Positions 40,751-59,444 are shown, counted from the first letter of the stretch. The stretch: DNA of 64,000 nucleotides from Neocallimastix sp. 'constans' (GCA_050613775.1 JBODTK010000122.1:1-64000); one strand, 5' to 3'. Made by a program: numbers and translations. The notes: a model not told the origin generated them from the sequence alone.

Positions 40751-42163
40751 TTTTTTTTTTCTGTACTTTTCAATTATTAATGATTTTATTTAAAAAAAAT
40801 AATAGGAGAAATATAAATAGTATTATAATATTTATTAAACATATGAAGATTATTTTTTTAAATAAAAAAATTATAATAATTTCAATTACAAAATCAGACT
40901 TGAATTATGATTTAAGATTTAAAATTTTTTTATTATTACAATAATATTTTATTTAAATTAGTGAAAAAGAAAAAAAAAAAAAATACTAATTCATCGGCAT
41001 GTATTATTATTATATTATATTATTGACAATTTAATATAATTAAATTATTATTAATATAATTATTATTATTATTATTATTATTTTTTTTTTTTTCATGAAA
41101 TTTAGAGATTTCAAATGAAAATCATTACTTTTCAATATTTTACAATATAAAAAACGTGCTACATATTTAAATACATATTCCAATAGTATTTGTTATAATA
41201 TAATAATTATATAAATAAATTATTTATTGATAAATTTTAATTTAGATATATAATATTAGATATTGGAAAAATTTTATAAAATTTACTATGATTTTAAAAA
41301 TAATTTATATACATAAATCATTAATTCTTTAATAGATTCTAAATATAATTTTAATTATACGATATATTTTTTTAAGATATATATTATTTTTTCATAGAGT
41401 ACAAATGAAATAAAAATTTTTAGTATTGATAATATATATATAAATAATTTTTTATTCAATAGTTTTAATATTTATATAATTTTATTTAATACTCTTATAT
41501 TTACATCTCATTTAATTTTTATATATAGATTAGTAGTAAAGTTAGAATGAGAATTATATATGATATGATAGGATTGTATCGTTGACCCTTCCCAAAGATT
41601 ATACAAAGAGATTACTGGTAAAAGGCGTCCACTTGAAAACGCCTTTGTGGTTGAAGTTTATATTAGCTTTGTTTGGGAATTGGACCATACCGATGTTGAA
41701 ACGGTAAGTAATGCATGATCAATGATTATTAGTATTATATACAGAGGTCTTATTAGTGATATTTAATAAGGAAATCAAAAAATAAAAATAAAATCTTTAA
41801 TAAATGAATTATAAAAAAATTTTTTTAATAATAAAATTTTCCTTTTTATTAAATTTATTTTGGGTTATTAATATCTTAGTTATTACTGGTTGATTATTAT
41901 TAACAATTATGAATTTCTATATAAATTTCATATTTTAATTTTAATATAGTTGTCATATATTTAATATTGAAATCTATTTTTTAGTTATTTTTTTTTATAT
42001 ATATATATATATTTAATATGTGGAAAACTTTGACTATTAAAAATATATACAATTATTCATTTATTAAATAAAAAAAAAAAAAAAAACTTAGATAAGACAA
42101 AATAAAAATATATCAATATACAAATATATGATAAACTATCGGTATATTGATATATGTGTGATA

Positions 42164-44300
42164 ATGAATATGAATATTAAGTACAGATTGAATAAAATAA
42201 AATAAAATAAAATAAATAGTAGAATATGAATATTAAGTACAGATTGAATAAAATAAAATAAAATAAAATAAATAGTAGAATATGAATATTAAGTACAGAT
42301 TGAATAAAATAAAATAAAATAAAATAAAATAAATAGTAGAATATGAATATTAAGTACAGATTGAATAAAATAAAATAAAATAAAATAAAATAAATAGTAG
42401 AATATGAATATTAAGTACAGATTGAATAAAATAAAATAAAATAAAATAAATAGTAGAATATGAATATTAAGTACAGATTGAATAAAATAAAATAAAATAA
42501 AATAAAATAAAATAAAATAAAATAAAATAAAATAAAATAAAATAAAATAAAATAAAATAAAATAAAATAAAATAAAATAAAATAAAATAAAATAAAATAA
42601 AATAAAATAAAATAAAATAAAATAAAATAAAATAAAATAAAATAAAATAAAATAAAATAAAATAAAATAAAATAAAATAAAATAAAATAAAATAAAATAA
42701 AATAAAATAAAATAAAATAAAATAAAATAAAATAAAATAAAATAAAATAAATAGTAGAATATGAATATTAAGTACAGATTGAATAAAATAAAATAAAATA
42801 AAATAAAATAAAAATAAATAGTAGAATATGAATATAAAGTACAGATTGAATAAAATAAAATAAAATAAAATAAAATAAAATAAAATAAAATAAAATAAAA
42901 TAAAATAAAATAAAATAAAATAAAATAAAATAAAATAAAATAAAATAAAATAAAATAAAATAAAATAAAATAAAATAAAATAAATAGTAGAATATGAATA
43001 TTAAGTACAGATTGAATAAAATAAAATAAAATAAAATAAAATAAAATAAAATAAAATAAAATAAAATAAAATGAAATAAAATAAAATAAATAGCTAAAAT
43101 ATAAATTTAAAGTACAGATTTAATAAAATAAAATAAAATAAAATAAAATAAAATAAAATAAAATAAATAGTAGAATATGAATATTAAGTACAGATTGAAT
43201 AAAATAAAATAAAATAAAATAAATAGTAGAATATGAATATAAAGTACAGATTGAATAAAATAAAATAAAATAAAATAAAATAAAATAAAATAAAATAAAA
43301 TAAAATAAAATAAAATAAAATAAAATAAAATAAAATAAAATAAAATAAAATAAAATAAAATAAAATAAAATAAAATAAAATAAAATAAAATAAAATAAAA
43401 TAAATAGTTGAAATATAAATATAAAGTACAGATTGAATAAAATAAAATAAAATAAAATAAAATAAAATAAAATAAAATAAAATAAAATGAAATAAAATAA
43501 AATAAATAGCTAAAATATAAATTTAAAGTACAGATTTAATAAAATAAAATAAAATAAAATAAAATAAAATAAAATAAAATAAATAGTAGAATATGAATAT
43601 TAAGTACAGATTGAATAAAATAAAATAAAATAAATAGTAGAATATGAATATAAAGTACAGATTGAATAAAATAAAATAAAATAAAATAAAATAAAATAAA
43701 ATAAAATAAAATAAATAGTAGAATATGAATATAAAGTACAGATTGAATAAAATAAAATAAAATAAAATAAAATAAAATAAAATAAAATAAAATAAAATAA
43801 AATAAAATAAAATAAAATAAAATAAAATAAAATAAAATAAAATAAAATAAATAGTTGAAATATAAATATAAAGTACAGATTGAATAAAATAAAATAAAAT
43901 AAAATAAAATAAAATAAAATAAAATAAAATAAAATAAAATAAAATAAAATAAAATAAATAGTTGAAATATAAATATAAAGTACAGATTGAATAAAATAAA
44001 ATAAAATAAAATAAAGTAAAATAAAATAAAATAAAATAAAATAAAATAAATAGTTGAAATATAAATATAAAGTACAGATTGAATAAAATAAAATAAAATA
44101 AAATAAATAGTTGAAATATAAATATAAAGTACAGATTGAATAAAATAAAATAAAATAAAATAAAATAAAATAAAATAAATAGTTGAAATATAAATATAAA
44201 GTACAGATTGAATAAAATAAAATAAAATAAAATAAATAGTTGAAGTATAAATATAAAGTACAGATTGAATAAAATAAATAAAATAAAATAAAAAAAATAA
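42164..44300 (+). repeat. Composite satellite array 2 (same core family as array 1, variants GTAGAATATGAATAT, GTTGAAATATAAAT, GCTAAAATATAAATTT)
   Basis: AAGTACAGATTGAA cores separated by (TAAAA)n. Confidence 0.96.
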
Positions 44301-45354
44301 AAATAACTTATTTTAAATAAATATGTTATAATTAAATTAACTGAACTACAATTAACCTTAGCAATTAGAAAACAAATGAATATAAATATTTGTATTATTT
44401 TCATTTATATTTTTTTTATATATTATATTAACTTTAAAATTACAAAAAATCATTTTAAAAAAAATATATTTATTTTAATATTTAAAGTAATAGTTTATTA
44501 TTTAAACATATCTATATAAATATAGTAATTAAAATTGTTCTTATATATAACTTTTAATGTATCATATATAATAGTTTCAAATGAAAAATATACAGCGTTA
44601 AAAAATGAATAATTAATACAAATTTGAAGTCTTCTTTCATCATATTTGTCAGTAGTATATTTCAAATAACTAAGATCAGTTAAATTAAAGTTAAAATAAT
44701 AATTAATGGAGCTTTATTATGAATTAATAAAATAATATATGAAAGTTGAATCATACATTTATAAATATAATTATATTTAGATTCTATTAATTTGATTCTT
44801 TAAATATTTTATGAGAATCAATCATTATTCTATCTAATTTATGAATTGAATATTTTTTTTTTGCAAATTTGTCACATGCATCTTCATAATCACTATAATC
44901 ATGTTTATCCAAATCTTCAGAATATTCTTTAAATAATTTTTAAAAATTAAAAAAAAAAAAAATTTTTTTTAATAAATACTCAATAATATATAATAAAATT
45001 ATTTAAAATAGTAATTTTTATACTTATTATTATTATTATTATTATAATTTAAAGTAATAATTTTTATTAATATAAAAAAAAAAAAAAATGAAGAAAAAAA
45101 TATTTAATTTTAAATTATATAAAATTTTTTAGCTTTATTAAGTTACACAAACAATATGTTTGGAATTTTTGTTAATTTTTTTTTTTCTATCATTTTTTGC
45201 ATTATTTAGATTCATTATTAATTTAAAGTTTATTTATTTATTTTTTTTTTAAATCAAATATTATTAAAATAAATAATAATATCATTAATTTAAGTAAAAA
45301 AAAAAAAAAAAAAAAAAAATTAAAATAAAAAAAAAAAAAAAAAAACTATAAAAA

Positions 45355-45981
45355 ATGAATAGTTTTCAATTTTTAGTTGTACTCACTGCCCTCACTTAGT
45401 GGTCTTCTTTTTGGTAGTGAAGTTAGTATCATGAATGTCATTCTTGTCATGGACGCTTTCTTTTATGCTCTTGATGAACATGTTTAAGAATACTACCAAC
45501 AAGTCTAAGATGATATATCCTAAGTTAACGGAAGAAGCTATTAATAAGGTTACTCTTGAAGAAGTTATTGCCTCTTGCTTCATTCTTGGTATAAACTTTG
45601 TATGGTGCTCTTATGGCAACTTACCTTGGTATTAATGTTATTCTGTACGATCAGTCTCAAATTTATAATGAAATTGGTTTCTCAAGATTCATGTCTACTA
45701 TTATCCTTCCAATTATTAACGAATTCGTTAACTTCATTTTTACTTTCCCATGTTATGTGAGGTATTGAAAGATTAGGTCATAAGACTTTATTAATTGTTG
45801 GAACTCTCATAATTAAGGTCTTCCACATTTCCACTTAGGCTTGCATAACTCTACTCAAACTCATTATAGTAAGTTATGACAATATTCTACTGTGGCTTCT
45901 GTCTTTTTATTCATTTTCTCCTTTAAATGGACCTTGGGGTACCAGTTCCATGAGTTTACCAAGCTTAAGTTTTCCCACTTT
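45355..45981 (+). pseudogene. Decayed MFS sugar-porter (hexose transporter) pseudogene with a large internal deletion
   Basis: Across frameshifts and stops it reads SGLLFGSEVSIMNVILVMDAF (TM1, GGLLFGYE/D-like), QLT-GINVILY, IERLGHKTLLIVGT, FSFKWT-GPVP*VYQA*VFPL. Confidence 0.8.
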
Positions 45982-46789
45982 TATAATTAATAAATTTTAA
46001 TTTCAACTAAATTAAAAATTATATATATATATAAATTTTAAAACTAATTAAATTTACTCTTAATTAAAAGTGAATTTAAATATTTATTTATTTATTATAA
46101 TAATAAAAAAAAAAAAATGAAATAAATTTAATAAAAATATCAATAAAAATAAATTAATTTAAATATATTATATATATATATATATATTTTTTACTGTTAA
46201 CTTTTTTATTAAATATTATATAAAACAAAACATACATTTCGTAATATTAATTATTGATAATAGTTTTTATTATCTTAAATTTTAATATGATATTTAAATA
46301 TCAACTTTATAAGAATTAAACAGTAAAGTTATTTAATTAATTATAAAATATACTTATCATAATATTTAACTATTTTTTGTTTTTATTATTAAGTAGATTA
46401 TTATAATTCATAAACGATTTGTATATAAATATATTAATTTATTTTTATTTTTATATAATTTATTATTTTATTTATTTGTTTATATTATTTATATTATTTA
46501 TCTATTTTTATTTATGAAATATCACTTCCTTTTTCAGGAAGTTCACTTTTTAAAATAATTTAATATTAAATGAAAAAAATTAATAATAAAAAAAATTATA
46601 AATTTAAATATTTAATATCATAAATACTTTAAATGTTTTTAAAAGTTAATGAAATGACTATTTTTTTCATGAAAAAATAAGAGACATTAAAATTCCTTTT
46701 ATTTCTTTATTTTACTTTTTTATATATATATTAAAATATGAAGAGGATATATTCATAGTTTTAAATATTAATATGAATAAATAAATAAA

Positions 46790-46820
<31 letters not shown>

Positions 46821-47873
46821 GGGTTTCCAATTCTTATGAAAAAGAATACTGTACAAGTACATTTCAATACTATATGTAAAAAGTTATATACAAAATTAAA
46901 GGAAATGAATATGTGAATATGTTATTAAATATTAAAATATAAAAAGAAATTTTTTTTTTTTACATTAAGAACCTAATTAATTTATTATTTAAAAACAAAA
47001 TAAAAACAAAATAAAAAATAAAAATAAATGAAATGAAATGAAATGTAATAATATGAAAATGAAACAAAATGAAATATAAAATAAAATAAAATACTTTTAA
47101 TTTTAAATTATGAATAATTACAACATTCTTATGTCTATATTATATATATTAGATTATATTACAATAGGCAAAAATAAATAATTGTATTTTTTCATTTACA
47201 TGTATGAATCATCTTTTATTAATATTAAGAATATATATATTTTAGTTCTTTGAAGATTTTTATAATAAATTGTTAAATTAAAAAAAAATTAGTAAAAATA
47301 ATAATAAATAATAATAATAATAATAATAAATAATAATAATAATAAATAATAATAATAATAATAAATAATAATAATAAATAATAATAAATAGCAATAATAA
47401 TAAATAAAAATAATTACAATAATAATACTTAATAATGTAAAGTACACATATTTACACCTATTTATTTATATATATTTTTTTTATTTATGTTTATTATTTA
47501 TTAAATATTAAATACTATATACTAAATTATTCAAAGATATATATATATATATATATATATATTTTATTTTTATTTTTATTTTCATTTCTATATAATAAAA
47601 TAAAACTAAAAGGAAAATGAATAATATATTTTTTATAACTAATTAAAAATAAATAAAATATTAAGTTAATATATCTCTAAAAAAATAAAATAAATAAAAT
47701 ATAAAAAAAGATAGTCAATATATAAAAAAATAATAATAACATATATATATAATAGAAAAATATCATCAACTTTTTATTTTTAATTTATTATACCAATGTC
47801 CATTGTTGATAATAGTCTTGTAGATTATTTTTTTTTTTTTTTTTTCTATTATTATTATTTTTCTATTTTTCTA

Positions 47874-47909
<36 letters not shown>

Positions 47910-47952
47910 ATAAATATTATTATATTGTTGTAGGTAATGTTTCTTAATTTAA

Positions 47953-48468
47953 TCATTTATCTTCTTTAAATACTGGGAGTTTAATTTTTTTCAAATATTT
48001 TTCAGTATTAACCTTGGTATAATTTAAATTAATATCAAAAATTTCTTTTGTATAATTCAAAAATTGGGTAAAAGAACATTCTTTACATTTGTAATTAAAA
48101 CTATCGGCAGCACAATATAATTTTTCTTTAATAAGAATACATTCAGAAGCTTTTTTAGCAATAACACCTTTATGATTAACTGTTGTAGTTCCAGCTGGAA
48201 GGAAACATACATCACTTTCAAGACAATGACCATCCACATCAAACGAAGTTCTAATATATTTTCCTTTTCTTCTTAAACAACATTTTTGATCCTTCGTAAT
48301 TATTTGACTTAATAAACACATTTTACGTGGTTTTTTTAAAAGTGGATCGTTTATAGTATGTTTTGAATCAGTACTGCTTGAAGTACTTCTGATGACAAAA
48401 GCATTTATCTGAATGACAATGCCAATTAGAATTAATAATAAAACTTCTATTGGAATATTTAATTTCAT
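47953..48468 (-). CDS. Secreted Cys-rich protein of unknown function, 171 aa
   Basis: Hydrophobic signal peptide MKLNIPIEVLLLILIGIVIQINA, 9 Cys, A-rich start context, higher GC than flanks. Confidence 0.75.
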   Translation of the reverse strand: MKLNIPIEVLLLILIGIVIQINAFVIRSTSSSTDSKHTINDPLLKKPRKMCLLSQIITKDQKCCLRRKGKYIRTSFDVDGHCLESDVCFLPAGTTTVNHKGVIAKKASECILIKEKLYCAADSFNYKCKECSFTQFLNYTKEIFDINLNYTKVNTEKYLKKIKLPVFKEDK

Positions 48469-48945
48469 TTTTTTTTTTTTTTTTTTTCTGTCTTTTAATT
48501 AAAAAATAAAGTAATTTCTAATAATTTTTTATTTATAGTACTTTTTTATTAATAATTTAACAATGAATTTTTAATAATAATTTTTTTTTTATTATATATA
48601 TATAAATATATATATATAATTATTCAATATTAATTTTAAATTTTTATAGTTAAATTAACATGAAAAAAAAAATATATATATATATATTCCATATAATTTA
48701 ATTATTAAGATAAAATTAATTGATATGTAGATATATTACAATAAAAAAAAAAATTTTTAAATAAAATTATACAACTTTATAATATTAAATATAAAAAAAA
48801 AAAAAAAAAAATTATTATTATCTTAATATATCCAATTATAGAAAATTATAATTATATAATATATATTTTATAATATTTTATAGTATATATTCAATAAACT
48901 ATCTTCATATTTTTATTTTATTTATTATTTTTTTTTTAATTTATT

Positions 48946-48981
<36 letters not shown>

Positions 48982-50126
48982 TTTTTTTTTTTTAATTTTT
49001 ATTTATATATATAGGATTTCTGTCATGTATAGTATAATTAATAGATTGGATTAGACGTTACGAAACACCTTCACATTCCTTAGTTCGAGGTCAATTATCT
49101 TTCCCTTCCTTCCTCATATTCTTTCAATTCTTAGAATTTCTTTCTCTCTCTCTTTTCTTTTCTTTTTTTTTTTTCTTTTTCTTTCTTTTTTTTTTTTTTT
49201 AATATTATTATTATTGTTATTAAAAATAATATACATATATAAATATATATATTTATTATTATTTTTAAGACTAGGAATAAACTTTTCTTTAATATTATTT
49301 ATAAAACATGAAAAATAATAACATATTAATAATAATAAATAATAATGATAATAAACAAAAATAATAATAATAAAAAGGATTAATATTAAATTAATATTTT
49401 CTCCTTCCCCATTCCTCTGAGCTAATTATATATATATTTATCCTTCTTTATAGGCTAAATAATAATACACCTTTAAATAAATAAAATATATTTTTTATTT
49501 TTCATTATAAAATAACCCTATTTTTATACTTAATCACAAAACATAAATAAAAAATATAAAGCTAATAAAAATTTTACAAAATTTATTTAAAGAAAAAAAA
49601 AAAAAAAGGAATTATTTTGTTCAATATTTTTTTTTATTTGTGTTATTTTGCAAATTTTATTTTTATTTTTATTGTTATTATTATTATTATTATTATTTTT
49701 TTTTTGAGTGGAGTTAATAATAGTTCTTTAAATATAATATAAAACAAATGTTTTAATTTTTATGAATTCATTTTTATACATTTGTATTTTTTTAATAATA
49801 AAATCATATTGATAATATATTCTTTTAAATAAAATAATTCATTTTAAATAAAGAATTTTTTCTGCTGATACGTAAAATTTTATATATAAAATGAAAAATT
49901 AATATTAATACATTTTTCGATATTAAAAAAAAAAAATAAGTAATGGAATTGACGAAAAAAACGCTTTTTAATATAATTAAATACATTGTATTTTAATTAA
50001 ATATTTTTTAATTTTATTTTCAAATAAAAATAATTAATGAATAAAAAAACTATTTTTTTTATACGAAAATAAGAAATAATTATAAAAAAACTAATAATAT
50101 TTTTTTGTAATTATTAGTATTTATTT

Positions 50127-50759
50127 CTAATAGTTTCCTTCATCTTCGTTCTTTAATTCATCATAACAAATAGCAAGTGCAACCATTAGAGCAGCATCTA
50201 CACCTGGAGCAATTTTAATTTGATAGTGATCAGGATTACTAATTAAACTAAGCATTAATTTAGTTTTAGTAATACTACAAACCATTGGCGCACCTTCACT
50301 TTCCTTACCACAGAAGATACCACAAGTACAACCAAAGAAATCACATTTCATATCAAGTACTTCAGGTTTATTTGTCATAATATTATTAAAGGAAAATTCA
50401 TACTTATTTTTCTTTAACAAACTTTTTCTACTAACTTTTCCAAGAAGAGTATCTGTTCCCTTTCCAGCATAAATTTTAAGACCATGACCATAGAACATAT
50501 TTCCTTGAATATTGAATAAAGGTTTATCGTATAAATCATAGATTACCTTTTTATCTCTTAAACTAAAAGCTTTACCTTTACATTTGAAATATGATACACC
50601 GTTATTATCTTTAATTGTGAAATCATCACCTGAAAAAGAATATTTTTCACTTAAATTTAAAGTTATAGGTTGTTGAAAAACAAAACGTTGTTCAATACAA
50701 CCAATTTGATGGTCAGCTGGCTTAACTGCACTAGAAGAGTAGTTCTTTAACATAAACAT
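50127..50759 (-). CDS. LURP-one-related / tubby C-terminal-like (DUF567/scramblase-like) protein, 210 aa
   Basis: SFSGDDFTIKD, GKAFSLRDKKVIYD...PL, YQIKIAPGVDAALMVALAICYDE are typical of the family. Confidence 0.88.
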   Translation of the reverse strand: MFMLKNYSSSAVKPADHQIGCIEQRFVFQQPITLNLSEKYSFSGDDFTIKDNNGVSYFKCKGKAFSLRDKKVIYDLYDKPLFNIQGNMFYGHGLKIYAGKGTDTLLGKVSRKSLLKKNKYEFSFNNIMTNKPEVLDMKCDFFGCTCGIFCGKESEGAPMVCSITKTKLMLSLISNPDHYQIKIAPGVDAALMVALAICYDELKNEDEGNY

Positions 50760-52054
50760 TTTTACTTTTTATTTATATTATATTTAAAAAAAATTTTTTT
50801 TATAAATTTATATTATTTTTTAAAGAATAGCTTATATAATATAGTATTTTTAATTCTTAAATTTTTTTTTTTATTTTTTAAAGAAAAAAAAAAAAAAGGA
50901 AAAAATATTATAATATATTTATATTCATAATATCCACTAACAAAGTATTTTATTATTAACTATATTGTATTAATATATTGAATAAAATTATTACAAACTT
51001 ATTAATTATAATATTAATTTTAATAAGTTATAATATATTAATATTAAGTTATATATATATATTTATTATCTAATCCATTATATATTATATATTATATATT
51101 ATTTATTATATATTGTTATTTATATATTATATACTATATATTATATATTATTATTTATTATTTATTATACTTTTTTTTGCTATTTCCCTTTTTTATGAAA
51201 ATCAAATACAATAATTAATTAATTAACTTTAATTAATAAAAACTCTAGAAAAGAAAAAAAATCAATTAAATAATTGTTATTCATTATTAATTTTTATAAA
51301 CAAATAATAGTAAATAAAGTTCTATAGAATATTTTGTAACATATTTCACACAATTAAAGTTATATTAAAATATATATAATATTAATATTAATATAGTAGT
51401 TACATTAAAATACAAAAAAAAAACATTTATTCCTTTATAAAAATTTTATATTAAATTGAATTAAAATTGAATTAAATATCAAATGTATAATATATTATTT
51501 AAAATATATTATATTTAATATAAAAAATATATTTATTAGTTTAAAAAAAATAAAAAAAATTTTTCTTTTTACAATTCTTAATTAGTTATTAATATGTATA
51601 AATAATATAGTTGGTTCAATTTAAATAAATAAAGATATAATATAAAATATAATATATTATTTGTTGAATAAAATATATTATTTATATTATTACTTTTTCT
51701 TTTATTTTTTATTTTTAAAAGATTTAATTGTATATATGTTTATGTTTATGTTTATAAATTTTCATTTTTATTGATCAATAAAGTCACGTCACGTCACGTC
51801 ACACAATAAAAATTAAAAAAAAATTTTTTTTTATTTTCGCTTTTACAAATAACAAAATTTTAAAAAATCAACATTTTATTATTATTATTATTATTATAAC
51901 TATTATCTAATTTTTAATATTATTATTATTATTAGTATTTTTAACAATAATAACAAGGTTTATTATTGTTGTTAAAAATACTAAGTTTTTATTATTATTA
52001 TTATTAACTTTTAATATTTTATAGTGATTATTATAATACGCTCTTTTTCTTTTT

Positions 52055-52725
52055 TTTTATTTTATTTTATTTTATTCAATCTGTACTTTATATTCATATT
52101 TTTACTATTTATTTTATTTTATTTTATTTTATTTATTTTATTCAATCTGTAATTTATATTCATATTTCAACTATTTATTTTATTTTATTTTATTTTATTT
52201 TATTAAATCTGTACTTTATATTCATATTTCTATTATTTATTTTATTTTATTTTATTTTATTTTATTTTATTTTATTTTATTTTATTTTATTTTATTTTAT
52301 TTTATTTTATTTTATTTTATTTTATTTTATTTTATTTTATTTTATTTTATTTTATTTTATTTTATTTTATTCAATCTGTACTTATATTCATATTCTACTA
52401 TTTATTTTATTTTATTTTATTTTATTTTATTTTATTTTATTTTATTTTATTTTATTTTATTTTATTTTATTTTATTTTATTTTATTTTATTTTATTTTAT
52501 TTTATTTTATTTTATTTTATTTTATTTTATTTTATTTTATTTTATTTTATTTTATTCAATCTGTACTTTAAATTTATATTTTAGCTATTTATTTTATTTT
52601 ATTTTATTTTATTCAATCTGTACTTTATATTCATATTCTACTATTTATTTTATTTTATTTTATTCAATCTATACTTTATATTCATATTCTACTATTTATT
52701 TTATTTTATTTTTATTTTATTTATT
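52055..52725 (-). repeat. Composite satellite array 3, inverted relative to arrays 1 and 2
   Basis: TTCAATCTGTACTT cores separated by (TTTTA)n, about 7 cores. Confidence 0.94.
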
Positions 52726-53413
52726 TATTTTTTTTTTTTGTAATACAATATAAATAAATTAATACAAAAAAAAATTTTTTTATTTTTTTGCCAATTAATC
52801 CTTCTTGTCCCATTTTTGGAAATGGTCAAGTATACAGTTTTCTTAGATCAAATGGAACAAATTTATTTAACTGTACTTGTCTCATATATAAGCACCATCT
52901 AAGTTAAACTCAAAATGAACCATTAAATGTGGAGGGAAACACCTTAGCAAGTCCCATGACAATAATCTACAATTAAATAATAATTCAAAACAAAATTTTT
53001 CTTCTTGATTTTAATATAAATTTAATAAATAAAGTGTGATTAATAAAACTAATTAATAAAATTAAAGAATTTAAAAGTTTTTTTAATAAAGTTTTAAAAG
53101 TTTTTTTAATAATGTTTTAAAAATTTTTTAAATTAATATCTATATATATATTTTTTAAGCAAATAAAATAATATAAAATATAGAAGATAGAATTAAAATT
53201 AGGAATTTATTAAATCAGTAACATAATTTCTACATATACACTCCTTATTTACAATTACTATAAAAAAAATAATAATAATAAAATAAAAATAAAAAAAAAT
53301 TAAATAAAATAAAATAAAATAAAATAAAATAAAATAGAAATTAAAATTAATTTCAATAATTTTTTTTTTAAATAAATAAAGAAATAAAATAAAAATTGAA
53401 TTAAATTATTATA

Positions 53414-57010
<3,597 letters not shown>

Positions 57011-57354
57011 TAATTAACTGCTTCTATTATTAAAACAATTCTTTTTAATAATAATAATAATATAATATATATATATATGATTTCTATATAATATATAACT
57101 CATTCAATAAATAAACTTTTTTATTTATTTCTTTTTTTTTTTAAAATAAAAAAAAAGGAAATAAAAATGAATGTATAAAAATAAAAATATATACTATATA
57201 ATAAATTCTATTTTTTTTTTTTTTTTTTTTTGTTATAATGAATTAAGTTATGAAATTTTATTATATATCAAAATCTTATCATAATAATAATTGTAATAGA
57301 AATAATTATTATAATGATTATTATTATGATTAACTATGATTTCGTATGTTTTTA

Positions 57355-57357
57355 CTA

Positions 57358-57404
<47 letters not shown>

Positions 57405-57481
57405 TATTATTATTACTATTATTATTATTATTATTATTACTATTATTATTATTATTACTATTATTATTATTATTATTATTA

Positions 57482-57542
<61 letters not shown>

Positions 57543-57578
57543 TATTATTATTATTATTACTATTATTATTATTATTAC

Positions 57579-57612
<34 letters not shown>

Positions 57613-57638
57613 GTTATTATTATTATTATTATTATTAT
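57355..57638. repeat. Interrupted (TAT)n microsatellite
   Basis: Directly visible. Confidence 0.95.
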
Positions 57639-58119
57639 ATTTTTTTTTTTTTTAATTAAATAAAAATATTTATTCATATGTATATATATATATATACATT
57701 CGATTTTGTTAATACTTATCGATCTTCAATTATTAATATAGAATTATAATTATATTTATTTTTTTTATTGAAAATTAAACAGAATTTTATTTCTTTTTTT
57801 ATTTTTTTTTTTTTTTTTTTTTGTTTTGCTTTACTTTGTTTTTATTTTAGTTTATCTGTGTATTCTCAAATTCTTTCATCCAATTTTTTTCTATTAATTT
57901 CTTAATACAATGTTTCTATTTAATTCAATAGATAACTTATTGCCAAGGTTTGAGGTAATAACTATCCAATCTTCCTTAATAAAAATTTCAATTAAATAAT
58001 TCATATCATATTAATATTGATACAATTAATAACAATAACAGAAAAAAATTAAAATTATTTAAATAATTTTGATATTTTTTATATTTCTATTTTTATAAAT
58101 ACTTTTAATATTTTTGGAG

Positions 58120-58159
<40 letters not shown>

Positions 58160-58312
58160 TACAATTGAAATGATTTAATAAAGTTTATTAAATAAGTTAA
58201 AAAAAATAAATATGTCAAGAGGTTTTTACGGAATATGGTACACACGGAAAATATAAAAAAAATTATTCCTTTTTCAAATAATTATAGAACTGAAATAATA
58301 AAATAATTAATC

Positions 58313-58361
<49 letters not shown>

Positions 58362-58375
58362 AACAATAATAATAA

Positions 58376-58407
<32 letters not shown>

Positions 58408-58419
58408 AATAATAATATT

Positions 58420-58585
<166 letters not shown>

Positions 58586-58913
58586 TTACAAAAAATTATT
58601 TTATTTCTTCTTATTATTTTATTAAATTTATTAAATTATTTTTTAAATATTATTTTTTATTTTATTTTATCGTATTCTATGCAGTATAAATTTTAATTGA
58701 AAAGATTATTTAATAATCCAATTAAAATATAAAAAATTAAATTAAATTTACTTTGATTTGTATAAACTAATAACTACTTATTATTATTTTATAATTTTTG
58801 AATTAGTTATTTTCATTGAATTTTAACATTTGTAAATCTTAATAACCATATATAAATATTTTTTTTTCTTTAGACTTCATTAATTTTTATATTAATTTGA
58901 ATTTCTTTTATAC

Positions 58914-59388
<475 letters not shown>

Positions 59389-59444
59389 TTCATATTTTTT
59401 TTATGTGAATAATTTCATCATTACTTTAATTTAAAATAAAGAAA

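Noticed and set aside
43523..44330. 293-aa FILFY-repeat ORF
   Set aside because: Translation of the satellite's reverse strand; only the first ~21 codons look gene-like
52925..52960. Twister-like motif AAATGTGGAGGG
   Set aside because: The required partner UAAC/P2 and pseudoknot segments were not found
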